From an uncultured Verrucomicrobiae bacterium (GTDB lineage Bacteria > Verrucomicrobiota > Verrucomicrobiia > Limisphaerales > JAFGQR01): a stretch of 64,000 nucleotides of DNA. Position numbers and translations under genes: made by a program. The notes beneath the pieces were generated by a model. The model was not told where the DNA came from. It ran no database searches and was given only the letters and a program-made list of their open reading frames with translations. Shown here piece after piece: positions 1 through 11,210 of this stretch. Numbering within the stretch: the first letter of the stretch is position 1; each line of letters begins with the position of its first letter. Where the stretch lies: the NCBI GenBank assembly GCA_963788655.1, contig CAWBHS010000072.1:384001-448000 (forward strand), given 5' to 3'.

Positions 1-3000
1 TTTGCGCCGCTGTATTTCCGTGAGTTGAAACAGTTGGCCGAAACCACCTTCTCGGCGGCGGAATTCAATCCCTTTCTCGATCAACTGCTCGGCCGGTTGG
101 GTGCCGGAAAACGTGATCACCCGGATGAAGAATTACGCGGCCCAACGGGTGATCAGTGTGCTCAGCCAGATACCGCAGACCTTCACGGCAAACACCTCCC
201 TGCCGGTGAGCAATGGATATCTTCGCACGACCAGTTCGACAGTGACGTTGTTCGGCTCAGCTAATGCCCTGGAAACGCGGGCAATTACCGTCAACGGTGA
301 TGAGGGGAACTGGGTGGCGTGGCAGGGTGGTTGGACGGCCAACACGTCGCTGCGGCCCGGTTTAAACCACGTGCTGATCCAATGCTACGGCGACGGCGGT
401 CAGGAAGTAGCCCGCACCAACCTCACCGTCTGGTATGACGATGCTATCACCACCGTTCTGCCGTACGACATAGAAACGGACCGGCTACTGACCGCGACGG
501 GTGGCCCTTATCTGATCGATCGCGAGTCGTATGTCCAAAATGGGGCGACGTTGACGATCGAGCCCGGCACCACGCTGTACATGGCCGACAACGTGAATCT
601 CAACGTGTATGGCCAGTTAATTGCCGAAGGCACCGAGACACGGCACATTCGCATCACCCGTTTGCCCGGCAGCTCCGGAACGTGGGGCACCCTCCGGTTC
701 TACGGTTCCTCGGATGTGCAACAGTTGCGCCATGTGGATATCGAATATGGCGGAGCGCATGAAGCGGCGAGCATCTCGGCCAATGGGGCGCACCTCGAAA
801 TGGACCATGTCACTTGGGCGAACCTTTCCTCAATGCTGGTGGATTCGGTCAACAGTTCTGTCAAGCTGCTCAATTCCGCACTGCCCGGCGGCCAGGAAAC
901 ATCTTTGGTGCGGTTTAATGGAATTCCTGCGGGCGGATTGGTGTTGGTTCAGGGGAACGTTTTTGGAAGCCCGATCCCGGCCAGTGGCGCGGATGTCATC
1001 ACCTTCCGCGGAGCCAATCGACCCGGGCCCATTCCGGAAATCCAAGACAACACCTTTACCGGCGGGGCGGACGATGTGATCCAATTGGAAGGCACCGATG
1101 CGCACATTGAAGGCAACCATTTCCTGCACGTCCACCAAGTGGCGGCGCGGAACGACGCAGCTTATGCCATTTCCACCACCAGCAATGGCGGCAACACCTC
1201 GGAACTGACGATTGTCCGCAACATTTTTTTCGACTGCGATCATGCCGTGCTGCTCACGCAAGGAGCATCGGCGCTGTTTCATAACAATACCGTGGTGGGT
1301 ATCCATACCAATGCCGTGGCGGCGGAGGTGGCATCGGCAATCAGTTTTGGCGAACCGCAACTGGGATTGCCGGGCGGCGCCGGCGCCGATTTGGACGGGA
1401 ACATCTTCTGGGATCTCGACGACAATCGGTTGGTGTCGAATTTCACGAACGGAACGCCGCTAACGGTTCGTCGCTCCATCGTCCCGGGCACGAACTGGCC
1501 CGGCGAAGGCAATGTGAGCCTGGATCCCCGATTCGTGAATGTCGATCCTGCCACCATCACCTGCTTGACGATTGCCCAGGACTTTGGTTTACGTCCCGGT
1601 TCGCCCGCGCTGGGCACAGGACCGAACGGTTTGGACATGGGGGCCATCGTGCCCGCCGGCGCGTCCATTTCTGGGGAACCAGCTTCACCGACGCCGTTGA
1701 CCAGCGTGCGTTTGACCGTGGGGGGACCGGGCATCGAGAGTTATGCGTTCTTGTCGAGTGACAACCGCTTCGGCTCGATTACCGCGATTACTAATCCGTT
1801 GGTTCTTACCGGCCTAACGAACGCAAACTATTATGTTTCGGTCCTCAGTCGAAACTTCGCCGGCACCTGGCGGACTCTTTCCAACGCGGCCATTTCCCGC
1901 ACCTGGACCGTCAATACCGCCGCCCCCAGTGTGCGCCTCAACGAAGTGCTGGCCCGCAATGATTCCGCGGTGGCCGTTGGTTCGCGCCATCCAGACTTGC
2001 TCGAGCTGTATAACTGCGGGCCGGCGACGGTGGACATGGGCGGCATGACCATCACCGACAACCGCGACCTGCCGGCCAAGTTCGTGTTTCCGGTCGGCGC
2101 TACTTTGGAGCCCGACCAGTATCTCGTGCTCTATGCGGACACTGAAACGTCGCCTGCTGGATACCATCTGGGCTTCAGCTTAAAGCAGGAGGGGGATGAT
2201 GTTTTCCTGTTCGGTGGGAATGGCCAGTTGTTGGATGAAATCGCCTTTGGGACCCAGGTGGCCGACTATTCCATTGGCCGGCTGGCGGACGGCCAATGGG
2301 CGTTGACCGAGCCCACGCTCGGCGCTCGCAACGTGGCCGCCCATACCGGCGATCCGCGAGCCTTGATGATCAACGAATGGCTGGCGGCCTCCGACAATTC
2401 CCTCGGCGAGGATGATTACCTTGAGCTGTTTAATCCGGACGACTTGCCGGTGGCTTTGGGCGGTTTGTTCCTGACGGATGTGCCGTATTCCTGGCCGGAC
2501 CAGCATCAAGTGCCGGCGCTGAGCTTTTGTGGCGGGTGGCGGCTTCATGGTGTTCATCGCCGATGGGAATCCTGGCGCGGGAGCCGATCATTTATCATTT
2601 AGTTTGGAGGCCGAACAGGGATTGATTGGCTTGTTGGCGCCGGATATGACCTTGCTCGATTGTGTCCTCTACGGGCCGCAAACTAATCAGGTGTCGATGG
2701 GCCGCAGTCCGAATGGTTCCACGAATTTGGTTTACTTCAGTACCCCGACTCCCGGTTCGCCGAATCCCGCACCGAGTGGGCCGGATGGTCTTCAGATTGT
2801 GATCAACGAAGTCCTGGCCAAGAATTTGGGCATCACCGATATCGGCATGCCCAATCCGGACGGCGGTACGCCGGAATGGATCGAACTGTACAATCCCACC
2901 CCGAACGCAGTCGATTTGGGCGACATGAGCTTGAGTGACGACGTAGCATTGGCGCGCAAATATGTGTTCCTGCCCGGAACCGTCATCGCGGCGGGTGGTT

Positions 3001-5106
3001 ACCGGGTGATGTTGTGCGAAGGCGATGAACCGGCGTCTGCGGCCAATACCGGCTTCGGCATCAAAGCCAATGGCGACACCATCTATCTCTTCGATACGCT
3101 GAATCACGGCGGTTCGCTGCTGGATTCCATCGGTTACGGGGTGCAGGCCAAGGATTTTTCCATTGGTCGCATACCCGACGGCGGCGTTGATTGGCGGCTG
3201 ACCGTGCCGACGGCGGGTTCGCGCAACCTTGAAACCCAACTCGGCAATGCTGCTGGACTCAAGGTCAATGAATGGATGGCGGCCCCGGCTTCCGGCGAGG
3301 ATTGGTTCGAGATTTACAATCCCAGTCGCGCAACCCGTGGCCATTGGGGGATTCTATTTGACGGACGATTTGCGCACGCCCGCCAGCCGGCTGAAGTCAC
3401 CGCTTCCACCGCGCTCGTTTGTCGGAATTGGACTGTATGGGTTCGAACGCTTCGAGGCGGACGGCAACGTGGCCGCCGGCCCTAATCATGTCAGCTTTAA
3501 ACTCAGTGCGCTGGGTGAGTCCATTGGACTCTATCGCTCAGCGGACGATGCCATTGACACCGTCACGTTTGGACCGCAACTCGAGGGCGTTTCGGAAGGC
3601 CGCTTGCCGGATGGCGGCAGCGCCATTCTGCGCTTTCCGGAGACGCCGACACCGAACAATGCCAACTACCTGCCGTTGTCCGACGTAGTCATCAACGAAG
3701 TGTTGAGCCACACCGATCCCCCGTTGGAAGATGCCATCGAACTGTACAATGGCTCGACGGTGGACGTGGACGTTGGCGGCTGGTATTTGAGCGATAGCGC
3801 GCATGACCTGCTCAAATATCGGATCCCAGATGACACGGTCATTTCAGCGGGTGGTTACCGGGTTTTCTACGAAACCAACTTTTTCCTCGATCCCAATTTA
3901 TCATCGCCGTTCGCGTTGGACTCCGCTCATGGCGATCAGGTGTATTTGTGTCAAGCGTCCACGAACGGGGCGCTTACCGGTTACCGGGCAACGGTCAGTT
4001 TTGGCGCGGCGGAAAGCGGAGTGTCGTTTGGCCGTTGCACCAATGGCGTCGGCCAGGTGGACTTTGTGGCTTTAAATCGGCTGACCTTTGGCGTGGACGA
4101 TCCGGAAACCGTGGAAGTCTTCCGCATGGGTCCCGGTCGGCCCAATGCCGCGCCGAAAGTGGGTCCGCTCGTGATCACGGAAATCATGTTTCATCCGCCG
4201 GACGTGGGCGGCCTGGATAACGTGACCAACGAATTCATCGAAATTCACAATCCTACCGCGCAGATGGTCCCGCTGTATGATGTGCAGCACCCAACCAATG
4301 TCTGGCGCTTGGACGAAGGGATTCGATTTGATTTTCCACCGAACACCGCCATTCCCGCCGGCGACTATCTCCTCGTGGTAAGCTTTGATCCAGCCAATGA
4401 ACTCGACGCACTAGCGTCCTTCCGCGCGGCGTATCAACTGTCCACGAACATGCCGATGGTCGGTCCCTATTCCGGCAAGCTCGACAATGGGGGCGAAAGC
4501 GTTGAACTGTACAAGCCGGATGTTCCCGAACCTGCCGGTGATCCGGACGCGGGATTCGTACCGAATATTCTGGTTGAACGGATCACGTACGACGACGTGC
4601 TCCCCTGGCCGACGAATCCCAGCCCGGACGGCGGTGGTGCGTCGCTGCAGCGGGTGGACGAGGCCGCTTATGGCAATGATCCACTGAACTGGCTGACGGC
4701 GTCCCCCACGCCCGGCCCGCAAGGATTGCAGGTGGACTTTGACAACGACGGCATGCCGGACGTCTGGGAAACCGACCACGGACTCGATGCCACTCGGAAC
4801 GACGCCGCCCTCGACTATGATGGCGACGGCCTTTCGAACCTCGAGGAATACTACGCCGGCACGTTGCCCGACGACGCCCAAAGCCGGCTGGGTCTGACGA
4901 TTGCCGTCACGGATCAAGTGGTGCTGACTTTTACCGCCAATCCCGATCGCGCCTACGTGATCGAATTCAAGGACGAATTAGCCGGCGAGACTTGGCTGCC
5001 GTTGGCCACCATTTCCGCCCAAGCCACCACGCGAACCGAACAAGCGACTGACACCCCGCCGACTACCTCCCGCTACTATCGCCTGCACATGACGCAATGG
5101 CCTTGA
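1..5106 (+). CDS. Very large secreted lamin-tail-domain (LTD) protein, 5'-truncated: end of a probable CotH-like region, beta-helix region, several LTDs, Ca-binding DxDxDG repeats and a C-terminal RYYR domain. Three apparent frameshifts (~100, ~2530, ~3325).
   Basis: ORFs 25-264 (start), 101-2602, 2529-3485 and 3229-5106 join end to end. Repeated LTD motifs (INEVLA/INEWLA...EWIELYNP...DLGG.YLTD). DFDNDGMPDVWE and DYDGDGLSNLEEY repeats. Paralogous to 19475-25725. Confidence 0.85.
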
Positions 5107-5334
5107 GTCGGCGTTGCTCAAGTCCCGCGGAGCGTTGCCAGGACGCAGTTGAGAGCATCCGCGGCGACTTCGGGCCGTCAACGTCTTCTTCAATCTACTG
5201 ACGGAGCGGGGGGACGAGGTGATCGCGGGTGGCTGGGTAAAGCGCCTACTGCATTTCATGGCGAATTTGCTTGCCCGAGGCTGCGCATTTCGCTACAAAC
5301 TCCTGCACGTTCAACGGATTGGACGAAGAGGATA

Positions 5335-5490
5335 ATGTCGCGAAGGCAGGAGAAGCCCAAGCACCCTGGGCGAGCGTGGAAGGAAGTAATCAAATCAACC
5401 AAGTGTTTGCGTGTTGCTTTCGATGCCAATTTCTGTTTCAGGCCGATGCCCAGGTCAACTGATTGGCCTCAACGATCTGACTTTGTATGA
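5335..5490 (+). CDS. Possible small basic protein (51 aa) translationally coupled to the WYL gene
   Basis: ATG at 5335 follows GAAGAGGATA. Its stop overlaps the next start (ATGA at 5487-5490). No recognisable domain. Confidence 0.25.
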   Translation: MSRRQEKPKHPGRAWKEVIKSTKCLRVAFDANFCFRPMPRSTDWPQRSDFV

Positions 5491-5849
5491 TGCATTATAC
5501 CCAGCTTCAACCCATGTTTCCCGCCGAAGGCTTCGAGGTCACCATTGCTCCGTCCGAACCGTGTTGGCCCGGTGAACTGGGCTCACTCTGGATGGAGTGG
5601 CTCGTGGGGCTGCGCGTTCCAGTGGGCATCTCCGAAGACCTCAAGGTGCAGCAACTCATTGATGCTTCCTGGGAATTTCGCCCCATCGAGTTCATTTACT
5701 TTGCCGGTTCTGAGCCCGGTTCCCGTCGTCGGGTGACTCCCACGTTTGTTTTCACCGTCTCGGGATTTCACGGAGTGTACATGATGGGCATTTGCCACAA
5801 ACGAAAGCAACTGCGCACCTTTCGAGTGGACCAAATGCAGATGCTTTGA
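5487..5849 (+). CDS. Stand-alone WYL domain protein
   Basis: IEFIY...RRRVTP...YMMGICHKRKQLRTFRVDQM matches the WYL pattern (Y...R.v.P...Y..g.c..r...RtFr.dri). No N-terminal HTH. Confidence 0.75.
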   Translation: MMHYTQLQPMFPAEGFEVTIAPSEPCWPGELGSLWMEWLVGLRVPVGISEDLKVQQLIDASWEFRPIEFIYFAGSEPGSRRRVTPTFVFTVSGFHGVYMMGICHKRKQLRTFRVDQMQML

Positions 5850-5868
5850 GTATGACAAACGGTCGCGT

Positions 5869-6180
5869 ATGAAAGTTATCCTGGATTTTTGTGTCGTGCC
5901 GATGGGCGTGGGAGTATCCGTGTCCGCATACATTGCCGCCTGTGAGAAAGTCCTTCAGGAGGCCGGCCTGACGACGCAGCTACATGCCTACGGAACCAAC
6001 GTCGAAGGCGAATGGGACGAAGTCCTGGCCGCGGTCAAACGTTGTCATGAAATGCTTCACCAAATGGGGGTGCCGCGCATCTCCACCACCATCCGGCTGG
6101 GAACCAGGACCGACCGGGACCAGACGATGGAGGACAAGGTCAAAAGCGTGGAAGCCAAATTGACCGGCCCGCAAAGCTGA
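5869..6180 (+). CDS. MTH1187/YqgV family thiamine-binding protein
   Basis: 103 aa; DFCVVPMGVGVSVSAYIA...LHAYGTNVEGEWDEV...RISTTIRLGTRTDR..TMEDKV. Confidence 0.9.
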   Translation: MKVILDFCVVPMGVGVSVSAYIAACEKVLQEAGLTTQLHAYGTNVEGEWDEVLAAVKRCHEMLHQMGVPRISTTIRLGTRTDRDQTMEDKVKSVEAKLTGPQS

Positions 6181-6308
6181 CAACGCTTGCGTGACGAAAT
6201 CTTAAGCGCGACGCTTGCCACGACCGCAGGACGGCCGTCCCGGCTGTCTCGAATTTGCAGATGGCGTCCGCTTTTGCTTGGCGTCAACCTGCCACGATGG
6301 GTTGGCTA

Positions 6309-6457
6309 TCGCGCCAGCGTTTGGAGTGCGTCCGGCTTGCCGGCGCTTTCGACGGTAACGGCGGTTGAAAGCTGTTCCGGCAAGTACCCGGCTCCTTTGT
6401 ACAGTTGGGATTCAATGAAAGCGGGCGCAAGCTCAACGCACTCCCAATGCTTCGCGA
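6309..6457. repeat. REP doublet, family A (TTGGAGTGCG-hairpin-CGCTTTC as an inverted pair)
   Basis: Left arm 6309-6350 GCGCCAGCGTTTGGAGTGCGTCCGGCTTGCCGGCGCTTTC. Right arm 6417-6457 GAAAGCGGGCGCAAGCTCAACGCACTCCCAATGCTTCGCGA. Lies between convergent genes and recurs at 25892, 27987, 36449 and 40617. Confidence 0.85.
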
Positions 6458-6533
6458 CGTTCGCCGGCCAATGCCAGCTTGTTCGGTTCACTTTGCCGGG
6501 AAGCGCCCGGCCCGAGCCGATTTGAATCGGCGC

Positions 6534-7511
6534 TTACTCCCCCTTCATCCTGACCGGCGTGGCTTGCTTGAGAAACTTGAACAAGTCACTGTCGGTGGTG
6601 AGGACCAACGTGGTGTTGTTGGTGAGCACCTGCTTGTACGTGTCCATCGTCTGGAGAAATTCGTAGAGTTCGATTGAATCGGGACTTTGGTTATAGGCGC
6701 GGGCGTAAATCTCGGTGGCTTCGGCGTCGGCCTTGCCTTCGATCTCCTGGACCTTGCGGTACGCTTCCGATTGAATGGTCTGCAATTCCTTTTCCTTTTG
6801 CCCAAGGATTTTGGCCGCTTCGCCCGCGCCTTCCGAACGGAACCGCTCGGCGATTTGCTGCCGTTCGCTGATCATGCGTTCAAAAATGCGCAGCCGCACA
6901 CTGGCATTGTAGTTGATGCGTTTGAATTGCACGTCCAGCAACTCAATGCCAAACACGGCCACTTTAGGCGCCGCACTCTCGAAGATCTCCTGCTGGACTT
7001 TGGACCGGCCTTTCTTGATCGGATACAGTTGGCCCACATTGCCACGGGCCTTCTCCAGGACGCTGTCTTGCTCCGGCACGCGGTCCTTGGTGGTGCGGAT
7101 AACTTCGATCAGTTCGTGCTTGGCGATGGCATTGCGGATTTCGCTGCCGAGAATGTCGTCCAGCCGCGACAAGGCGCTGCGTTCATCGCGCAAACGTAGA
7201 AAATACTGCTTGGCATCGTTGATCCGCCAGCGTCCGAACGCATCCACCACGATGTAGGTTTTGTCCTTGGTGGGCATCTCGCTGGGGCGCCCGTCCCAGC
7301 GCAGCACCCGTTTCTCGACGCGATTGGCCTCCTGGATAAAGGGAAGTTTGAAGTGCAACCCGGCGTTGGTGACGGCGTTGCCGACCGGCCTGCCGAACTG
7401 GGTGAGGACGACTTGCTGCGTCTCGCTCACCGGGTAGGCGGCGGTGAAAATCAGGAACAGCGCCACCACGGCGACGACCGCCAAGGCAATAAGTTGATGG
7501 ATCGATTTCAT
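6534..7511 (-). CDS. hflC: FtsH protease modulator HflC (SPFH domain)
   Basis: N-terminal TM; VVLTQFGRP...GLHFKLPFIQ; TKDK; RMISERQQIAERFRSEG; AYNQSP. Directly downstream of hflK with a 1-nt overlap. Confidence 0.9.
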   Translation of the reverse strand: MKSIHQLIALAVVAVVALFLIFTAAYPVSETQQVVLTQFGRPVGNAVTNAGLHFKLPFIQEANRVEKRVLRWDGRPSEMPTKDKTYIVVDAFGRWRINDAKQYFLRLRDERSALSRLDDILGSEIRNAIAKHELIEVIRTTKDRVPEQDSVLEKARGNVGQLYPIKKGRSKVQQEIFESAAPKVAVFGIELLDVQFKRINYNASVRLRIFERMISERQQIAERFRSEGAGEAAKILGQKEKELQTIQSEAYRKVQEIEGKADAEATEIYARAYNQSPDSIELYEFLQTMDTYKQVLTNNTTLVLTTDSDLFKFLKQATPVRMKGE

Positions 7512-8479
7512 CAGTGGGACCTTTCTTGATTGAGCTGGAGCAGGGGCAAGAATTGGCGGGCCTGTTCGTCCAGAATGATCTTCGAGCCCAGTTGCGGGAG
7601 GATTTCCGCCAGTGTTTCCAGGTAGATGCGCCGGCGCGTGACTTGGGGAGCCTTGTTGTATTCCATCAGCAGGGCGACGAAGCGGGTCGTGTCCCCTTCG
7701 GCTTCGTTGACGCGTTTGATCGCGTACCCTTCGGCGGTGCTGATCTTTTCCTCCGCCTCGCCCCGCGCGCGCGGCACGGCTTTGTTGTATTCTCCGTTGG
7801 CGACGTTAATGGCCTTCTCGCGCTCCTGTTGGGCTTGGTTCACCTCGTTGAACGACGACTGCACGGGCGGCGGGGGATTGACGTTTTTCAATTGCACCTG
7901 GTCGATGCTTACTCCGATTTCGTATTTCTTAACCAGTTCCTGGAGGCGGGCGAGTGCCACGCTCTCGATTTCCTGGCGGCCGACGGTAATGACTTCGTCC
8001 ACGGTGCGGTCGCCCACCACTTCGCGCATCACCGATTCGGAAAGATTACGCAAGGTTTCCGGCGGGTCGCGGAAATTGAACAAGAAAGCCCGCGGATCCC
8101 GAATCCGGTACTGGACGATCCACTCGACCGTGGCGGAATTGAGGTCGCCGGTGACCATGCTGCGCTCGGCCTCCTGTTCATTGGGGTTGGTGAATTGCTC
8201 TTCGTTGTTGGCGCCGGGAGTGCCAAAGCCAAACTCTTGTTTCAATTGCCGCCGCACTGGCACTGCTTGCGCTCGGTCGATGCCCCAGGGCAGCTTGAAG
8301 TGCAGACCCGGCTCGACGGTTTTGGTGTAACGGCCGAAGCGCAGGACGATTCCCTGCGATTCGGCCGGCACCGTGTAAACCATGGTGACGAGGGTGATCA
8401 CCACCACCACCGCCGCCAGCAGCCACAGCACCGGTTTGGCGTGGATCTCGTAGTAGGTATTTCCAACACGAATTGTCAT
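7511..8479 (-). CDS. hflK: FtsH protease modulator HflK (SPFH domain)
   Basis: GIVLRFGRY..TVEPGLHFKLPWGID; MVTGDLN; VPRARGEA; EYNKAPQVTRRRIYLETL. Confidence 0.9.
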   Translation of the reverse strand: MTIRVGNTYYEIHAKPVLWLLAAVVVVITLVTMVYTVPAESQGIVLRFGRYTKTVEPGLHFKLPWGIDRAQAVPVRRQLKQEFGFGTPGANNEEQFTNPNEQEAERSMVTGDLNSATVEWIVQYRIRDPRAFLFNFRDPPETLRNLSESVMREVVGDRTVDEVITVGRQEIESVALARLQELVKKYEIGVSIDQVQLKNVNPPPPVQSSFNEVNQAQQEREKAINVANGEYNKAVPRARGEAEEKISTAEGYAIKRVNEAEGDTTRFVALLMEYNKAPQVTRRRIYLETLAEILPQLGSKIILDEQARQFLPLLQLNQERSH

Positions 8480-8635
8480 ATTGATCGGCAGCCTTGCAAA
8501 AACCGACCCCTCCGGTCAAACCTCAATGAGAAAACCTTCACAAACCAGCTTGACTTCTGGCCAAAGCTGAAGGTAGCCTTACTCAGTCTCGGGAACGTCA
8601 TTATATAGAATGCTCGCAATAACCAAAGGATCCTC

Positions 8636-9574
8636 ATGAAAACTCTAATATTTTTTCTCACCTTGGAACTGGCGGCGGCGCTGGGTTGGGGGCAGACACG
8701 CGCGGCGGCGCCAAGTCGGCGGGCACCCCGTGTGTCTCGCAGCCCGCAAGTGAGCATTGCACGGAGTGTTCGCCCAGGCTTGATTCGGATTTCCTGGACC
8801 GGTCGCGGCGTATTAAAGGCCGCGTTGACTCCGGCGGGACCATTTAAGACGATCCGTCAGGCCACCAGGACCAATCGTGCCGGCGAACCGAACCAAATCT
8901 TCCTCCCCGCCAACGAGGCGTGCCGGGTCTTCCGCTTGGATCCGGTCGATGCTACTTCGGCACCGGCAGCGGGTTTTGCCGGAAATGTCTTTAGTGTCAA
9001 CGTGGTCGGCTACATCAATCTCGACTTGCCGCCCGGACTCTCGTTGATTGTTTGCCAACTGTACCCTGGTCCCGGAGATGACCAAACGGTCGGCAGCTTG
9101 CTGGCCCAGCAAGTTCCCGATGGGGCGCAAGTGTTCAAGTACTCAGCCGAAACCGGCTATGAGATTAGCACCTTTGACGGTTCACGCGGCGTGTGGTCAA
9201 ATCCTGATATGCGATTACCTCCCGGCGAAGGCTTCTACTTCCAAAATCCGCCCGGCAACTCATGCATGATCACGTTCGTTGGCGAAGTGATGCAGGGCAC
9301 GACCGTCAATCCGTTGCCGGCCGGTTATTCGATGAGGGGAGCATTGATCCCGCAGGCCGGATCTCTGAACACGGTTCACCTGCTGCCCGGCGAACCGGGC
9401 GACATGCTCTACCTCCAGGTCAACGATGAGCAAGGCGGGATCGATTTCTGGACGAGTGAATTTAGTGGCTCAGCCAACGCCTGGGTGCCGGACCCCAACG
9501 TCGATGTCGGCCAGGGTTTTTGGATTTGGAAGCAGAACCCACAGGATTGGATCCGGGTGTTTTATGTTTATTGA
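8636..9574 (+). CDS. Secreted protein of unknown function: N-terminal RFYR-like domain followed by a 'VFSVNVVGYINL' domain
   Basis: Signal peptide. ISWTGRGVLKAA...CRVFRL segment. Two internal repeats (LPPGLSL...W..P...PGEGFY and LPAGYSM...W.PDP...GQGFW). Confidence 0.7.
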   Translation: MKTLIFFLTLELAAALGWGQTRAAAPSRRAPRVSRSPQVSIARSVRPGLIRISWTGRGVLKAALTPAGPFKTIRQATRTNRAGEPNQIFLPANEACRVFRLDPVDATSAPAAGFAGNVFSVNVVGYINLDLPPGLSLIVCQLYPGPGDDQTVGSLLAQQVPDGAQVFKYSAETGYEISTFDGSRGVWSNPDMRLPPGEGFYFQNPPGNSCMITFVGEVMQGTTVNPLPAGYSMRGALIPQAGSLNTVHLLPGEPGDMLYLQVNDEQGGIDFWTSEFSGSANAWVPDPNVDVGQGFWIWKQNPQDWIRVFYVY

Positions 9575-9700
9575 TCGCCGTGCTGGAGGTGCCCGGCCGG
9601 AAATGTGGCGGGCTGGATACATTGCCGCGTTGAAGGCGTGAGGCGAGGGGAAACGCGCGCGGGTGGTGAAATGCCGCGGGACAGCAGCAGGAAAGTGTTT

Positions 9701-10991
9701 AATGCAGACGATGATCAACATGGTTGCCGCGAGATGGAAAACGGGGCTGGTGCTTGGCGCGTGGATTTTGGGCGCGTCCGCCGGTTGGTCGCAAGGACTG
9801 GTCGTTTTCGACAACCGGGTTACCGGTACCGTGGTGGCTCCGGTTTACGGTGTGGAAGCCATTACCCCCTCGCTGGCGCAACACGGCAACTCGCCCGACG
9901 GCACTCCGCCCGGCACGCAGGTATATTCCGGTGGCTTGGTGGCGGGAACGGGATTCACCGCGCAATTGTATGGCGGCCCTGCGACTGCCGATCCTCGCCA
10001 TTTGTATCCGTTGTATCCGGCGACCTTCCTCCTGAGCGGCGCCGGTGCGGGTTTTGTCCAAGCCCCCGCGCTGGCCGTAACCGTGCCCGAAGTTGCGGCG
10101 GGCCAACCCGCCCAACTCCAAGTGCGGGTCTGGGCCAATCGCGCCGGCACCGTCACTAATTGGCTGCAGGTTCTGGCTGATCCCTCCCTCCCGCGTGGAC
10201 GGTCAGCGGTGTTCCAAAGCCCGTCGCTCGGGGGGCTGTTTTTGCCGCCGGTGAATTTGATTGGTTTGGAGAGCTTCAACCTCAGCCGCGATGTCGTTTC
10301 ATCGTTCGACTTCCAGATCAATTTCCAGCCGGCCGGGGTGGTGGTTCCCGGCTACTTGCCGGACAATGGGTTTCCTTATGGGCAACGTGCCAATGGACTT
10401 GTTTATGGCTGGAACGTCAGTCATTCCGAGCAGGCCCACGCGCAAAACGAAACGAGGTCGCCGGACCTGCGCTACGACACCTTCATTCAAATGAACTCCG
10501 GGCCAGCGGCGAGGTGGGAAATCGAAGTCACCAATGGGTTGTATGTCGTGCATCTGACAGTTGGTGATCCCCGGCGGGTTGAAGGTGATTATCATCTCGA
10601 CGTCGAAAATGTGTCGGCGGTGGCAGGCACAATCAGCGAAACCAACCCTTGGCTCGAAGGCTTCGTGGTGGTGGCCGTGACCGATGGCCGGTTGACGATC
10701 ACCAGCGGGAGCGAAAGCGAAGCGGCGCCGCTGGCCTTTGTCGAATTGGGCCGCGCCCAACCGGAGTCCCCGACGCTCACCGCGCAATTTCCGGTGGACG
10801 GCTCCGCGTTTCTTCTGCAAGTGCGGGGCCAGTTGGGCTTCCGTTACGAAGTTGAATACTCGACCAATTTGCTGGATTGGGTGTCCGCGGACTCCGTGGG
10901 CCCGATGGTCGGAAACGCGATTGAATTTCTGGATGCTTCCTTTGCCGACCACCCCTTCCGGTTTTACCGGGCGCGTGTGTTGGTGCCCTAA
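9701..10991 (+). CDS. Secreted protein with a malectin/CBM-like beta-sandwich and a C-terminal RFYR domain
   Basis: Signal peptide ending AGWSQG. INFQPAG...GYLPDNG...YGWN...D.RYDTF...WEIEVTNGLYVVHLTVGDP. C-terminus YEVEYSTNLLDW...RFYRAR. Start codon uncertain (ORF opens at 9663). Confidence 0.75.
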
Positions 10992-11004
10992 TTGTCGTTG
11001 GAAT

Positions 11005-11210
11005 CGTGCTTCCGGTGGCCCGCCGGAAGCTACGAATGCAAGTTGCCGGCATGATGCCGGCACCACGCTGGCAACGTGCTGTCTGGCGTCCCGCCGGCAG
11101 AACCGAATACGCCGGACGCGCTCGAACTTTTGTTCTCCCCGTTTTCCTTCGTTCGGTCTGCCGGCAGACAGAGTTCAGGAGCGTGCTGTCAGCGTCCCGT
11201 CACCACCGGC
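11005..11210. repeat. Cluster of REP-like palindromes (family B, GTRS-headed GCCGGC hairpins)
   Basis: GCTTCCGGTGGCCCGCCGGAAGCTAC (11008-11033), TGCCGGCATGATGCCGGCACCAC (11044-11066), GTGCTGTCTGGCGTCCCGCCGGCAG (11076-11100). Related copy at 16267-16292. Confidence 0.7.

Noticed and set aside
5200..5868. TPP riboswitch upstream of the thiamine-binding protein
   Set aside because: No CTGAGA...ATACC-type consensus found.
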